The notes beneath the pieces are model-generated. The model made no database searches. It had not been told where the DNA came from and was given only the letters and a program-made list of their open reading frames with translations. A DNA stretch of 32,000 bases, taken from Acinetobacter wanghuae. GTDB lineage: Bacteria; Pseudomonadota; Gammaproteobacteria; Pseudomonadales; Moraxellaceae. The stretch is taken from positions 1,020,001 through 1,052,000 of the forward strand of contig NZ_CP045650.1 of NCBI RefSeq assembly GCF_009557235.1, read 5' to 3'. Shown here piece after piece: positions 19,763-29,041 of this stretch (position 1 is its first letter; every line of letters begins with the position of its first letter). Position numbers and translations under genes: made by a program.

Positions 19763-20725
19763 ATGTTATTCCATAATTCAAAATTACCCGCTGAAATCCG
19801 CATTGCACATCTCAATGCCCGCATTAATGAACAACGTAAAAAAATCGCACAAACGACGGCTTCAAAGTTTGAACTGTTACAGTTATCACAACAAATTTCT
19901 AAAGAAGCGCGTGTACGCAAAAAGAATAATCAAAAAATTTATGTACTCGACTTTAAAGGCGATACAGCAGCTTCCGCAGTTGAAAGTCTGCGTGAAGAAA
20001 TTACCTTAATTTTAGCCACAGCAAAATCAGGTCGCGACCGTGTGGTGGTACGCCTTGAAAGTCCGGGTGGGATGGTACATGGCTATGGTTTAGCCGCAGC
20101 ACAATTGGTACGTTTACGCGATGCAGGTTTTAACTTAACGATTTGTGTCGATAAAGTCGCGGCAAGTGGCGGTTATATGATGGCGTGTATTGCCAATGAA
20201 ATCGTATCTGCGCCTTTTGCAGTGGTGGGTTCAATTGGTGTGGTTGCGCAAGTACCGAACTTTAATCGTTTATTGAAAGACAATAAAATTGATTTTGAAC
20301 TGTATACCGCAGGGCAATATAAACGTACCGTGACCATGTTTGGTGAAAATACCGAAGAGGGTAAGGCAAAGTTTGAAGAAGAGTTGCAACAAACCCATGC
20401 CTTGTTTAAGCACTTTGTTGAAAAATACCGTCCACAACTCAATGTTGAAAAAGTAGCTACAGGTGAGCATTGGTATGGTCGAGACGCGCTTGATTTAAAC
20501 TTAGTCGATAGCCTGAAAACATCGGATGAATACTTACTGTCGTTGTTACCACAGCATGATGTCTACGTGATTGAAACACGTAAAAAACCAACATTGGGTG
20601 AAAAGCTTGGATTACAAGCCGCGCAAATTGCAGATTCATTGGTTCCATCCGTGATGAATAAGGTCATGGAAACTTTAACTAAAGCCAATGCAAACTTAGT
20701 GCAAATGCGTGATCCGAAACTTTAA
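19763..20725 (+). CDS. sohB: S49-family peptidase SohB
   Basis: LESPGGMVHGYGLAA and DKVAASGGYMMAC (catalytic Ser region), then VGSIGVVAQVPNFN and GQYKRT. Confidence 0.85.
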   Translation: MLFHNSKLPAEIRIAHLNARINEQRKKIAQTTASKFELLQLSQQISKEARVRKKNNQKIYVLDFKGDTAASAVESLREEITLILATAKSGRDRVVVRLESPGGMVHGYGLAAAQLVRLRDAGFNLTICVDKVAASGGYMMACIANEIVSAPFAVVGSIGVVAQVPNFNRLLKDNKIDFELYTAGQYKRTVTMFGENTEEGKAKFEEELQQTHALFKHFVEKYRPQLNVEKVATGEHWYGRDALDLNLVDSLKTSDEYLLSLLPQHDVYVIETRKKPTLGEKLGLQAAQIADSLVPSVMNKVMETLTKANANLVQMRDPKL

Positions 20726-20741
20726 TCGTTAACCACAAGTT

Positions 20742-20768
20742 AAAAGCCAGCTGAATGCTGGCTTTTTT
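20742..20768 (+). terminator. Rho-independent terminator after sohB
   Basis: gccagc-tgaat-gctggc followed by T6. Confidence 0.8.
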
Positions 20769-20860
20769 ACGTATAAGCAACGCAGTATGAATTGTTCATC
20801 GAGTTTAGATTTGTTAATTTGAACGCATTAAATGCATATATATTTTATTTTGGGGACATC

Positions 20861-22924
20861 ATGACGAAGATCGTCGTTTATAGTAAAGATCATCTAATAC
20901 CATTACAAAATACAGAGAATAATCAGATCCTTTTAAATCAAAATACTGTCGTTCTGATGCATTTTCCTAAAGAAAATATTGCGTCGATTGAACGCTCAGG
21001 CACAACCGCAATTGTCCATCTCAAAAATGGTGAAACAGTTGTATTAGAAAACTTTTTCAATCTTGATGGCACGCCTGCGAACGTTATTGTTCTAACCAAT
21101 CCGCAGGGTTATTACGACGTTATGCTTCTAGATGAGCAAGGACAGCTCATTCAATATAATCCGATCAATAATATTCATCAGTTATCGGGAACTCCAAATT
21201 GGATCAGTGCGACACAAGTCAATGCGATACAGGAGAGTGCTGAAAGTACAGCACCGTGGTATGCCTCAAAACTTGTTAAAACGGGATTGGCGATTCTTGG
21301 AGCTGAAGCTATTTACTTAGCGGCTTTCAAGAAAGATGACGATCACGAAAATAAAGCCACGGATACGATGCCACCTGCAACACCTAAAGGCACTTTAGAT
21401 GCAGCGGGAAAAGTAATCACTGGGCAGGCTGAAGCCAATGTAAAAATTTTTGTGGTAGATGCAAATAATAAAGTGCTCGCGGAAACCAAAGCTGATGCTT
21501 CAGGTAACTATACCTTGAGCTTAAGCCGTGACGTGGTTAATAATGAAAAAGTGTATGTTTATGCACAAGATGCAGCTGGAAATTCATCATCCTTCCTGAC
21601 ATTAACAGGTACGAAAGATACCTTGGCACCGGAATTAGAATGGGCACAATTTTCTACAGATGGTGCATTTGTGACTGGAAAAACGGAAGCGAAAGCCAAA
21701 GTTTATGTGTATGCAGAAGATGGGGTAACCGTACTTGCAGGTCCAATCTCGGCTGCAAATGATGGAACATTTACCCTTAACTTAACGCCCGTATTAGCCG
21801 AAAACAGTAAAGCCAAAGTCGTGGCTGTGGATGAAGCAGGCAATAAATCACCGGCTTATGAGGTGATTGTTGGGCATGATACCATTCCACCTGCTCAACC
21901 TGCTTTAGAAGTGAAAAGCGATGGAACTTCAATTAAAGGTACGGGTGAAGTTGGAACCACTGTTCAAATTTTAAATGCGAGCAAGGATGTCATCGCTGAG
22001 AAAGTCATTGGTCCGGATGGAACCTTTACGATTTCATTCAGCCCAGCAATCACAGATGCAGCAAAATATACATTAAGTTTAAAAGATGATGCAGGAAATG
22101 AATCCAAACCTATTGATCTGAAAGTGGGATTAGATACCTTAGCCCCTGACAAAGTGCAAGCAACGCTAAATATCGATGGTAATAAACTGACAGGGACTGC
22201 CGAAGCCAATAGTTCAATTGAAGTTCGCAGTGGAAACACTGTCATTGGAACTGGCAAAGCAGATGCAATAGGTCATTTTGAAATCACACTAACGACAGCG
22301 TTGTTGAATAATAACAAAGCAACAGTCATTGCTTATGATGCTGCAAAAAATGCCTCGCCGTCTTTAGATATTATTGGAACAAAAGATACGATTGCACCCA
22401 ATAAAGTCGTCCTTAAAACAGTGACTGATGATGTAGGTACAAGTAAAGGCACCATTGCTGCCAATTCGAACACGGATGATACACAGCCTAAGTTTGAAGG
22501 CACAGGTGAAGCCGGTGCCACGGTGACGATTTATAATCATGGTATTCCGATTGGAACGACCGTTGTTTTGGCAAATTTAACGTGGTCATTTACTCCTGAC
22601 AAAGCCCTGAGTTTGGGTGAGCAAAGTATCAGTTTTACGCAGGTGGATGCGGCTAAAAATACCAGTGATATGAGTGATAGTTTTAAATTTACTGTTGTCA
22701 CTCAGGTAAATGCATCTGCAAGCGAAGAGAATATAGATGTAGAAAGTCTGTTGTCTGAAGATAATGGCAATACTGAAATTGATGATCTGCTGATCCAATT
22801 TGATACAAATTCAGCAACTACAAATTCGAATAGTGCTGCACCATCCATGTTGGCTGCAAACTTTGCTTCTATCAATCCGCAAGTAGAAGATCACTTGCAT
22901 AATGATGTTTGGACTATAGGTTAA
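20861..22924 (+). CDS. Compact Bap-like surface protein: BapA-prefix-like N-terminus, hydrophobic segment and five Ig-like repeats
   Basis: ATG at 20861 follows GGGGAC. The N-terminus (KIVVYSKD...VVLMHFPKENIASIERSGTTAIVHLKNGETVVLENFF) matches the BapA prefix-like pattern. A hydrophobic stretch LVKTGLAILGAEAIYLAAF follows, then DTxAP-delimited ~85-aa repeats. Confidence 0.8.
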   Translation: MTKIVVYSKDHLIPLQNTENNQILLNQNTVVLMHFPKENIASIERSGTTAIVHLKNGETVVLENFFNLDGTPANVIVLTNPQGYYDVMLLDEQGQLIQYNPINNIHQLSGTPNWISATQVNAIQESAESTAPWYASKLVKTGLAILGAEAIYLAAFKKDDDHENKATDTMPPATPKGTLDAAGKVITGQAEANVKIFVVDANNKVLAETKADASGNYTLSLSRDVVNNEKVYVYAQDAAGNSSSFLTLTGTKDTLAPELEWAQFSTDGAFVTGKTEAKAKVYVYAEDGVTVLAGPISAANDGTFTLNLTPVLAENSKAKVVAVDEAGNKSPAYEVIVGHDTIPPAQPALEVKSDGTSIKGTGEVGTTVQILNASKDVIAEKVIGPDGTFTISFSPAITDAAKYTLSLKDDAGNESKPIDLKVGLDTLAPDKVQATLNIDGNKLTGTAEANSSIEVRSGNTVIGTGKADAIGHFEITLTTALLNNNKATVIAYDAAKNASPSLDIIGTKDTIAPNKVVLKTVTDDVGTSKGTIAANSNTDDTQPKFEGTGEAGATVTIYNHGIPIGTTVVLANLTWSFTPDKALSLGEQSISFTQVDAAKNTSDMSDSFKFTVVTQVNASASEENIDVESLLSEDNGNTEIDDLLIQFDTNSATTNSNSAAPSMLAANFASINPQVEDHLHNDVWTIG
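21362..22699 (+). repeat. Five tandem Ig-like domain repeats inside the Bap-like gene (protein-level periodicity of 84-87 aa)
   Basis: Repeat units begin at DTMPP (21362), DTLAP (21617), DTIPP (21878), DTLAP (22133) and DTIAP (22385). Shared G(T/K)xExxxxVxV...DxxGN core. The fifth unit is a divergent type (VTDDVG...). Confidence 0.7.
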
Positions 22925-23229
22925 ATATTCAATATTTAACTTTGTTCATAAATTGAATTTTTTATATTTACTATTTTATTAGGTTGGAATAAGGGCCATT
23001 GCTAAAGCATTTTAGCAATCCCAAATAGTTATTTTAAATATGATTTTGAAGGATTTGAGTGGGATGAATTATGTATATTTTAGTAATGTAGTAACGGGTA
23101 CATAATTAGAAAAATGATAAAATTATAAAAACGCGATTGATATTTCATAATGTTATTTAGATCTCTTTCATAAATCAAAAAACGATCTATCTTTTGCTGA
23201 TTATCTGTACCGAAGAATTTTAAATATTC

Positions 23230-23640
23230 ATGCATAATTTGCGGATGAAATACATCGATTTGAAGAAGCTTTCTGAAACACAGTTTAAGCGATATACAGG
23301 CATCAGTTTTTCAACCTTTGATTTAATGGTTGAACAACTGAAAATACATGTCCCGACTAAAGGTAGACCACCTAAGTTAAGTGTAGAAGATCAGGTTTTA
23401 CTCTGTCTGAGCTATTGGCGTGAATACCGAACTTTATTCCATGTCGCAACAAGTTATGGCGTGTCAGAGCCTACTGCTTCAAGAATCGTCCGCCATGTAG
23501 AGGATTGCCTAATCAAATCCAATCTGTTTAATTTACCGAAGAATTTGCCTGAAGGCGAAGGTATTGACTGGAATGTGGTGATCGTAGATGCCACAGAAAT
23601 TCCAATACAAAGACCTAAAAAAACAGAAGAAAAGCTATAG
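23230..23640 (+). CDS. IS transposase, N-terminal part (HTH region plus first catalytic Asp)
   Basis: The block GRPPKLSVEDQVLLCLSYWREYRTLFHVATSYGVSEPTASRIV is typical of IS5/Harbinger-like transposase HTH regions. VVIVDATEIPIQRP carries the first D. The frame ends just after an A7 run. Confidence 0.8.
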   Translation: MHNLRMKYIDLKKLSETQFKRYTGISFSTFDLMVEQLKIHVPTKGRPPKLSVEDQVLLCLSYWREYRTLFHVATSYGVSEPTASRIVRHVEDCLIKSNLFNLPKNLPEGEGIDWNVVIVDATEIPIQRPKKTEEKL

Positions 23641-24058
23641 TGGCAAGAAGAAGGCACATACTTTTAAAGTTCAAGCCATTATCCATTATAGAACTCGGCA
23701 AGTTCTGAGTTTATGCACGAGTCATGGTGCTGTACATGATTTCGAGCTATTCAAACGCAATTTAAATCAGGTTCCTAAAGGGTCTTTTATCCTTGCAGAT
23801 AAAGGCTATCAAGGGATTTACGCAGTGTATCCAAATAGTCTCTTGCCATTAAAAGCAAAAAAGCGCTGCAAACTAGATCTCGAGCTAAAAGTTTACAATC
23901 AAGAAATCAATAAAAGAAGAATTGGGATTGAGCATGTATTTGGCAGTTTGAAGACCTTCAAAATACTTGCCGAGCGATATCGTAATCGAGGCAAAAGACT
24001 AGGCTTAAGATTCAATTTAATTGCTGGAGTCTATAACATGGAACTGAGTAAAAAATGA
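23588..24058 (+). CDS. IS transposase, C-terminal DDE part in the +1 frame relative to 23230..23640
   Basis: YSGKKKAHTFK, ILADKGYQG (second D) and RIGIEHVFGSLKTFKIL (E) blocks. The frame joins the upstream ORF at A7 (23617..23623). Confidence 0.8.
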   Translation: MPQKFQYKDLKKQKKSYSGKKKAHTFKVQAIIHYRTRQVLSLCTSHGAVHDFELFKRNLNQVPKGSFILADKGYQGIYAVYPNSLLPLKAKKRCKLDLELKVYNQEINKRRIGIEHVFGSLKTFKILAERYRNRGKRLGLRFNLIAGVYNMELSKK

Positions 24059-24140
24059 CTTATGAAAGAACTCTTTTATATGTTTAGTTGTAATAGGCTT
24101 TGTCTTTTTAGTTCTTGGTCCAATAGTTATACCAAGAATT

Positions 24141-24524
24141 ATGAGTTTGAACGGACGTGACATTCAAGATGAGGCATTTATTTGGTACAGTTTTGGACCT
24201 GGACTAATCATAATGATTGTGGCTTTTTATATACAATCACAACAGACAGTTAAAGTTTCATATGGCTGTGGTATTGTTCAGAACTACAAGTTAAATATAA
24301 ATTCTAAAAACAAATTTGAAAGGGTTATCATTAAATTTGAAGATTCTTCTTATTATCGACACTTAAGGTTTGAAGACCATCTGTTACGTGAAGAATCAGG
24401 CGATTATGTTTGTTTCGAATTTTACGATAAGTTTAAAAATTCCTCTTTGAAAGAATCCGTCGTTTTAAAATGGATTGAGCCTACTGAAATGCAAAATATT
24501 AAGCGCATTAATCAGATAAAATAA
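24141..24524 (+). CDS. Hypothetical membrane protein with its 5' end separated by the IS (residual ORF; reconstructed start at 23150)
   Basis: The frame is open from 24066 and encodes a hydrophobic helix (FICLVVIGFVFLVLGPIVIP) with no start codon. ATG-TTA-TTT at 23150..23158 on the other side of the IS joins in frame. Confidence 0.6.
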   Translation: MSLNGRDIQDEAFIWYSFGPGLIIMIVAFYIQSQQTVKVSYGCGIVQNYKLNINSKNKFERVIIKFEDSSYYRHLRFEDHLLREESGDYVCFEFYDKFKNSSLKESVVLKWIEPTEMQNIKRINQIK

Positions 24525-24551
24525 AGCATATTTCATTGTAAGAGCAGAAAC

Positions 24552-24791
24552 ATGGCTATCGCTGAAGCATTTATTGCAAAACAAAATATTTATTTTGATT
24601 ATGATTTTGAAGAACTGAATTTAGCGGATGATTTTCCTGAGGAACTCTTGGTTTCACTGCGTGGCATGATGTTCCGCCATGAAGTGAAATATCCTGAAGC
24701 GACTTATTTTGTATATTTCAGTAATATTTTGACAGGTGATGAACTGGAAAAAATGAAAGCGGATTTTGCGGAATATTGTCCTGCGGAATAA
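24552..24791 (+). CDS. Hypothetical small acidic protein (79 aa)
   Basis: ORF 28 nt downstream of the previous gene on the same strand, followed by palindromic units and a terminator. I recognise no family. Confidence 0.5.
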   Translation: MAIAEAFIAKQNIYFDYDFEELNLADDFPEELLVSLRGMMFRHEVKYPEATYFVYFSNILTGDELEKMKADFAEYCPAE

Positions 24792-24805
24792 TCCTGCTGG
24801 AGTTT

Positions 24806-24876
24806 CCCTCTCCTTATAGGAGAGGGTTAGGGAGAGGTAAATACCTTCATCCCAACCTTCTCCCAAAGGGAGAAGG
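24806..24876. repeat. REP-like compound palindromic element
   Basis: Hairpin 1 is ccctctcct-tat-aggagaggg (24806..24826). Hairpin 2 is ccttctccc-aaa-gggagaagg (24856..24876). A related gggagagg copy lies between them. Confidence 0.55.
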
Positions 24877-24889
24877 AGTAATAATTGAT

Positions 24890-24919
24890 AAAAAAGCGAA
24901 GCCTGAGCTTCGCTTTTTT
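24890..24919. terminator. Bidirectional rho-independent terminator between the small ORFs (+) and purB (-)
   Basis: gcgaagc-ctga-gcttcgc flanked by A6 and T6 runs. Confidence 0.8.
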
Positions 24920-24944
24920 CATGCTCTAATATTAGATTTTAGAC

Positions 24945-26342
<1,398 letters not shown>

Positions 26343-26389
26343 TTAAATTTTGGAATTAAACGAAAAACGAAATGCGAGTTCAGCATCGG

Positions 26390-27121
26390 TTAAATCACCT
26401 GAAACTGTAAACGCGCGAGGTTTTGAATATCTTGAAGTAACTTTCGTTTACCAAACACCATGCCCCAAGAGCTCCCACCGAGCTGACGCCAAAGGTGTGC
26501 CATCTGCAACCCTGTAAATAGAGAAGCACGTATACGATTGGTATGTCCGGCATCTTTAAAGGCTTGTGCATTGCCACGTACCATAATCCGCGGATTAATC
26601 GAACCCGCAGTGTCGACATAGGTTTGGGCAAGGTTGGCAATAATGCTTGGATGAAGGTAGTTGTTATCGAAAAATGACAGTTGTCTTAAAATCTTTTGCT
26701 GAGATTGTTCAATAATTTCGACAAACTTCGGGTTGCTATAGACCTTCTTTTCTAATTGAAGAAGTGCCATGGCATAAGTCATAGGAAGTTTGGTCGATGA
26801 TAATTTTGGCAAGCGAGATTTTGGAGAAGGATCAAAAGGTTGGGTGATACTACTTTCTAAGGTTTTTAAACCCAGTGAAACATCCGAGAGTTGATGAAAG
26901 AAATCGAGCGTCTGAACATTTAAATTGTCCTTTGGACGAATGTTCAGACTGGCTTTAATCAACTGCTCGAAATAGAAGTTACCACTTTCGCCAATGCTTT
27001 GCTGACCTGTGAGCGCGGTCATATGGGTCAGTTGTGTTGCTTGAAAAACACCTGCTAACGCCAAAGCGCGGTTTTGACGAGTATTCAACGCTGTAGACTG
27101 TTGAAACGGTAACTCCGTCAT
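26390..27121 (-). CDS. hflD: High-frequency-of-lysogenization protein HflD homologue
   Basis: Position between purB and mnmA as in E. coli. [10 protein letters not shown] and AHLWRQLGG blocks. A start at 27121 avoids the 58-nt overlap with mnmA that the longer ORF implies. Confidence 0.85.
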   Translation of the reverse strand: MTELPFQQSTALNTRQNRALALAGVFQATQLTHMTALTGQQSIGESGNFYFEQLIKASLNIRPKDNLNVQTLDFFHQLSDVSLGLKTLESSITQPFDPSPKSRLPKLSSTKLPMTYAMALLQLEKKVYSNPKFVEIIEQSQQKILRQLSFFDNNYLHPSIIANLAQTYVDTAGSINPRIMVRGNAQAFKDAGHTNRIRASLFTGLQMAHLWRQLGGSSWGMVFGKRKLLQDIQNLARLQFQVI

Positions 27122-27135
27122 GCCGAAATCATCCT

Positions 27136-28281
27136 TTAATAAAATCTGGAATAGGCGCATTGGTATGATGAAATCACACCACCCCCTAAACAATATTCAC
27201 CTGAATAGAACACCACACTTTGACCTGGAGTCACTGCGCGCTGTGGTTCATCGAACTCTACGCGTACACCGTTTGGTGCTTCAGGATCTTTAAAAATCGT
27301 ACATGCTTGATCGGTTTGACGGTAGCGTGTTTTAGCGGTGCAACGGAAACCAGCTTCAGGAATCTCTTGTTCACCTGCAACCCAATCAATCGCTTCACTC
27401 CACAACGTGGTACTTTGCATGAGTGGATGTTCATGACCTTGACCGACCACTAAACGATTACCTTCGATGTCTTTATGTAGGACAAACCATGCACCTTCAG
27501 CGACGCCTTTCATGCCGCCAATGCCAATGCCGCCACGTTGACCGAGCGTATAGTACATTAAGCCGTGATGATCACCAACCTCTTTACCTGTATCGAGTAC
27601 GATTTTTCCGGGTTGCGCTGGAAGATATTGTTTTAAAAAGTCATTAAAGCGACGTTCACCAATAAAACAGATACCTGTTGAGTCTTTTTTCTTGGCAGTC
27701 GCAAGACCCAATTCTTCAGCAATTTTACGCACTTCTGGCTTTTCAATTTCACCGACAGGGAACAATGTTTTGTTAATTTCACGACCATGCACGGCATGTA
27801 AGAAATAAGTTTGATCTTTATTTTGATCGACACCACGTAGTAGTGGTGCATATTCTTCACCACGCGAATTGGTTGCAGTTTCACCGCGACGGCAATAATG
27901 ACCTGTCGCAATAAAGTCTGCGCCTAAATTAATCGCGTGATCTAAGAAGGCACGGAATTTGATTTCTTTATTACATAAAATATCAGGGTTTGGGGTACGA
28001 CCTGCAGCATATTCTGCTAAGAAATGCTCGAATACACGATCCCAATATTCCATCGCGAAGTTGGCAGTATGGAGTTTAATCCCGATTTTGTCGCAAACGG
28101 CTTGTGCATCGGCAAGGTCATCCATTGCCGTACAGTATTCTGTGCCGTCATCTTCTTCCCAGTTTTTCATGAAAAGACCTTCAACTTGGTAACCTTGTTG
28201 AAGTAAAAGTGCAGCAGATACAGATGAATCTACACCACCAGACATACCGACGATGACACGTTGTTGCATAGGATTAGGCAT
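27136..28281 (-). CDS. mnmA: tRNA 2-thiouridine(34) synthase MnmA
   Basis: PP-loop [13 protein letters not shown], the CNKEIKF motif and catalytic Cys regions. An alternative ATG at 28269 lies 4 codons downstream. Confidence 0.95.
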   Translation of the reverse strand: MPNPMQQRVIVGMSGGVDSSVSAALLLQQGYQVEGLFMKNWEEDDGTEYCTAMDDLADAQAVCDKIGIKLHTANFAMEYWDRVFEHFLAEYAAGRTPNPDILCNKEIKFRAFLDHAINLGADFIATGHYCRRGETATNSRGEEYAPLLRGVDQNKDQTYFLHAVHGREINKTLFPVGEIEKPEVRKIAEELGLATAKKKDSTGICFIGERRFNDFLKQYLPAQPGKIVLDTGKEVGDHHGLMYYTLGQRGGIGIGGMKGVAEGAWFVLHKDIEGNRLVVGQGHEHPLMQSTTLWSEAIDWVAGEQEIPEAGFRCTAKTRYRQTDQACTIFKDPEAPNGVRVEFDEPQRAVTPGQSVVFYSGEYCLGGGVISSYQCAYSRFY

Positions 28282-28759
28282 CCAAATTTGAAATTAAGGG
28301 AGAATTTTGGTGCTCGTAAATGAGCGATAAAGGATATTTTTGACCTGAAAGCGCATCTTGCACCGCTTTAATCACCAATGGGCTACGTGCACGTGCAGAT
28401 TCAATCAGTTCATCTAACGTCATCCATACTGCACCGACAATGCCTGTATCAAGCTCGGCATGTGGATCATGTGCAATGGATGTTGCTAAAAAGCAGAAAC
28501 GGTAATAAGTACGGTCGGGGAACATGGGTGGGGTATACGTATACATCCCCAATAAGTTCGTCACTTCAACCGTATGACCTGTTTCTTCCATGGTTTCGCG
28601 AATGGCTGCTTCAATGATGGTTTCACCTGCCTCAACATGACCTGCTGGTTGATTAAACACAGTATGGGTCACACCTTCTGTATGTTCTTCGACAAACAGG
28701 AATTTTCCATCTTTTTCAACGACGGTTGCGACAGTGACGTGAGCAGTCCAAGCGGTCAT
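28274..28759 (-). CDS. nudJ: NUDIX hydrolase NudJ-like
   Basis: Nudix box [22 protein letters not shown]. The N-terminus [14 protein letters not shown] aligns with NudJ as I remember it. The purB-hflD-mnmA-nudJ order is conserved. The stop overlaps the long mnmA start (ATGCCTAA). Confidence 0.85.
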   Translation of the reverse strand: MTAWTAHVTVATVVEKDGKFLFVEEHTEGVTHTVFNQPAGHVEAGETIIEAAIRETMEETGHTVEVTNLLGMYTYTPPMFPDRTYYRFCFLATSIAHDPHAELDTGIVGAVWMTLDELIESARARSPLVIKAVQDALSGQKYPLSLIYEHQNSPLISNLDA

Positions 28760-29041
28760 AGAACAGCACCAAGGATAAGGATGCACTATTGTATAAAATT
28801 TTGGGGTGTGTGGCTATGATGGGAGGGGATTTCTTTGGAGAAGATGATTTTTGAACTTGGGGGACTAAATTTTGTGAGACAATGGATGAATAGTCATCGT
28901 GAAATAGGACGAATTATTTAAAAAAGGCTCAATTGATAAGTCTGGGCGTTCCATACTGACATAATATGATGATAGATATTCTACGCTAACTATTTATAAT
29001 CAATAATATTTTATAATATATTTATTACATAGAGACTGAAA

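Larger units (their letters stand above)
23159..24074 (+). mobile_element. Insertion sequence, IS5-family-like (HTH_Tnp_4 + DDE_Tnp_4 type transposase; IS427/IS1031-like size)
   Basis: 19-bp imperfect terminal inverted repeats (16/19): AGATCTCTTTCATAAATCA at 23159..23177 and TGACTTATGAAAGAACTCT at 24056..24074. Flanked by the direct repeat TTT (23156..23158 and 24075..24077). Boundaries are uncertain by about 1 bp. Confidence 0.8.

Noticed and set aside
19746-20009. 87-aa ORF overlapping the start of sohB in another frame.
   Set aside because: It overlaps the strongly supported sohB frame and gives a Lys/Arg-rich, shadow-like translation.
22998-23019. Hairpin attgctaaa-gcat-tttagcaat downstream of the Bap-like gene.
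   Set aside because: A perfect 9-bp stem, but AT-rich and not followed by a U run. Too weak to call a terminator or regulatory RNA.
27122-27193. Upstream extension of hflD (ORF-track start at 27193).
   Set aside because: It would overlap the 3' end of mnmA by 58 nt. The homology-consistent start is the ATG at 27121.
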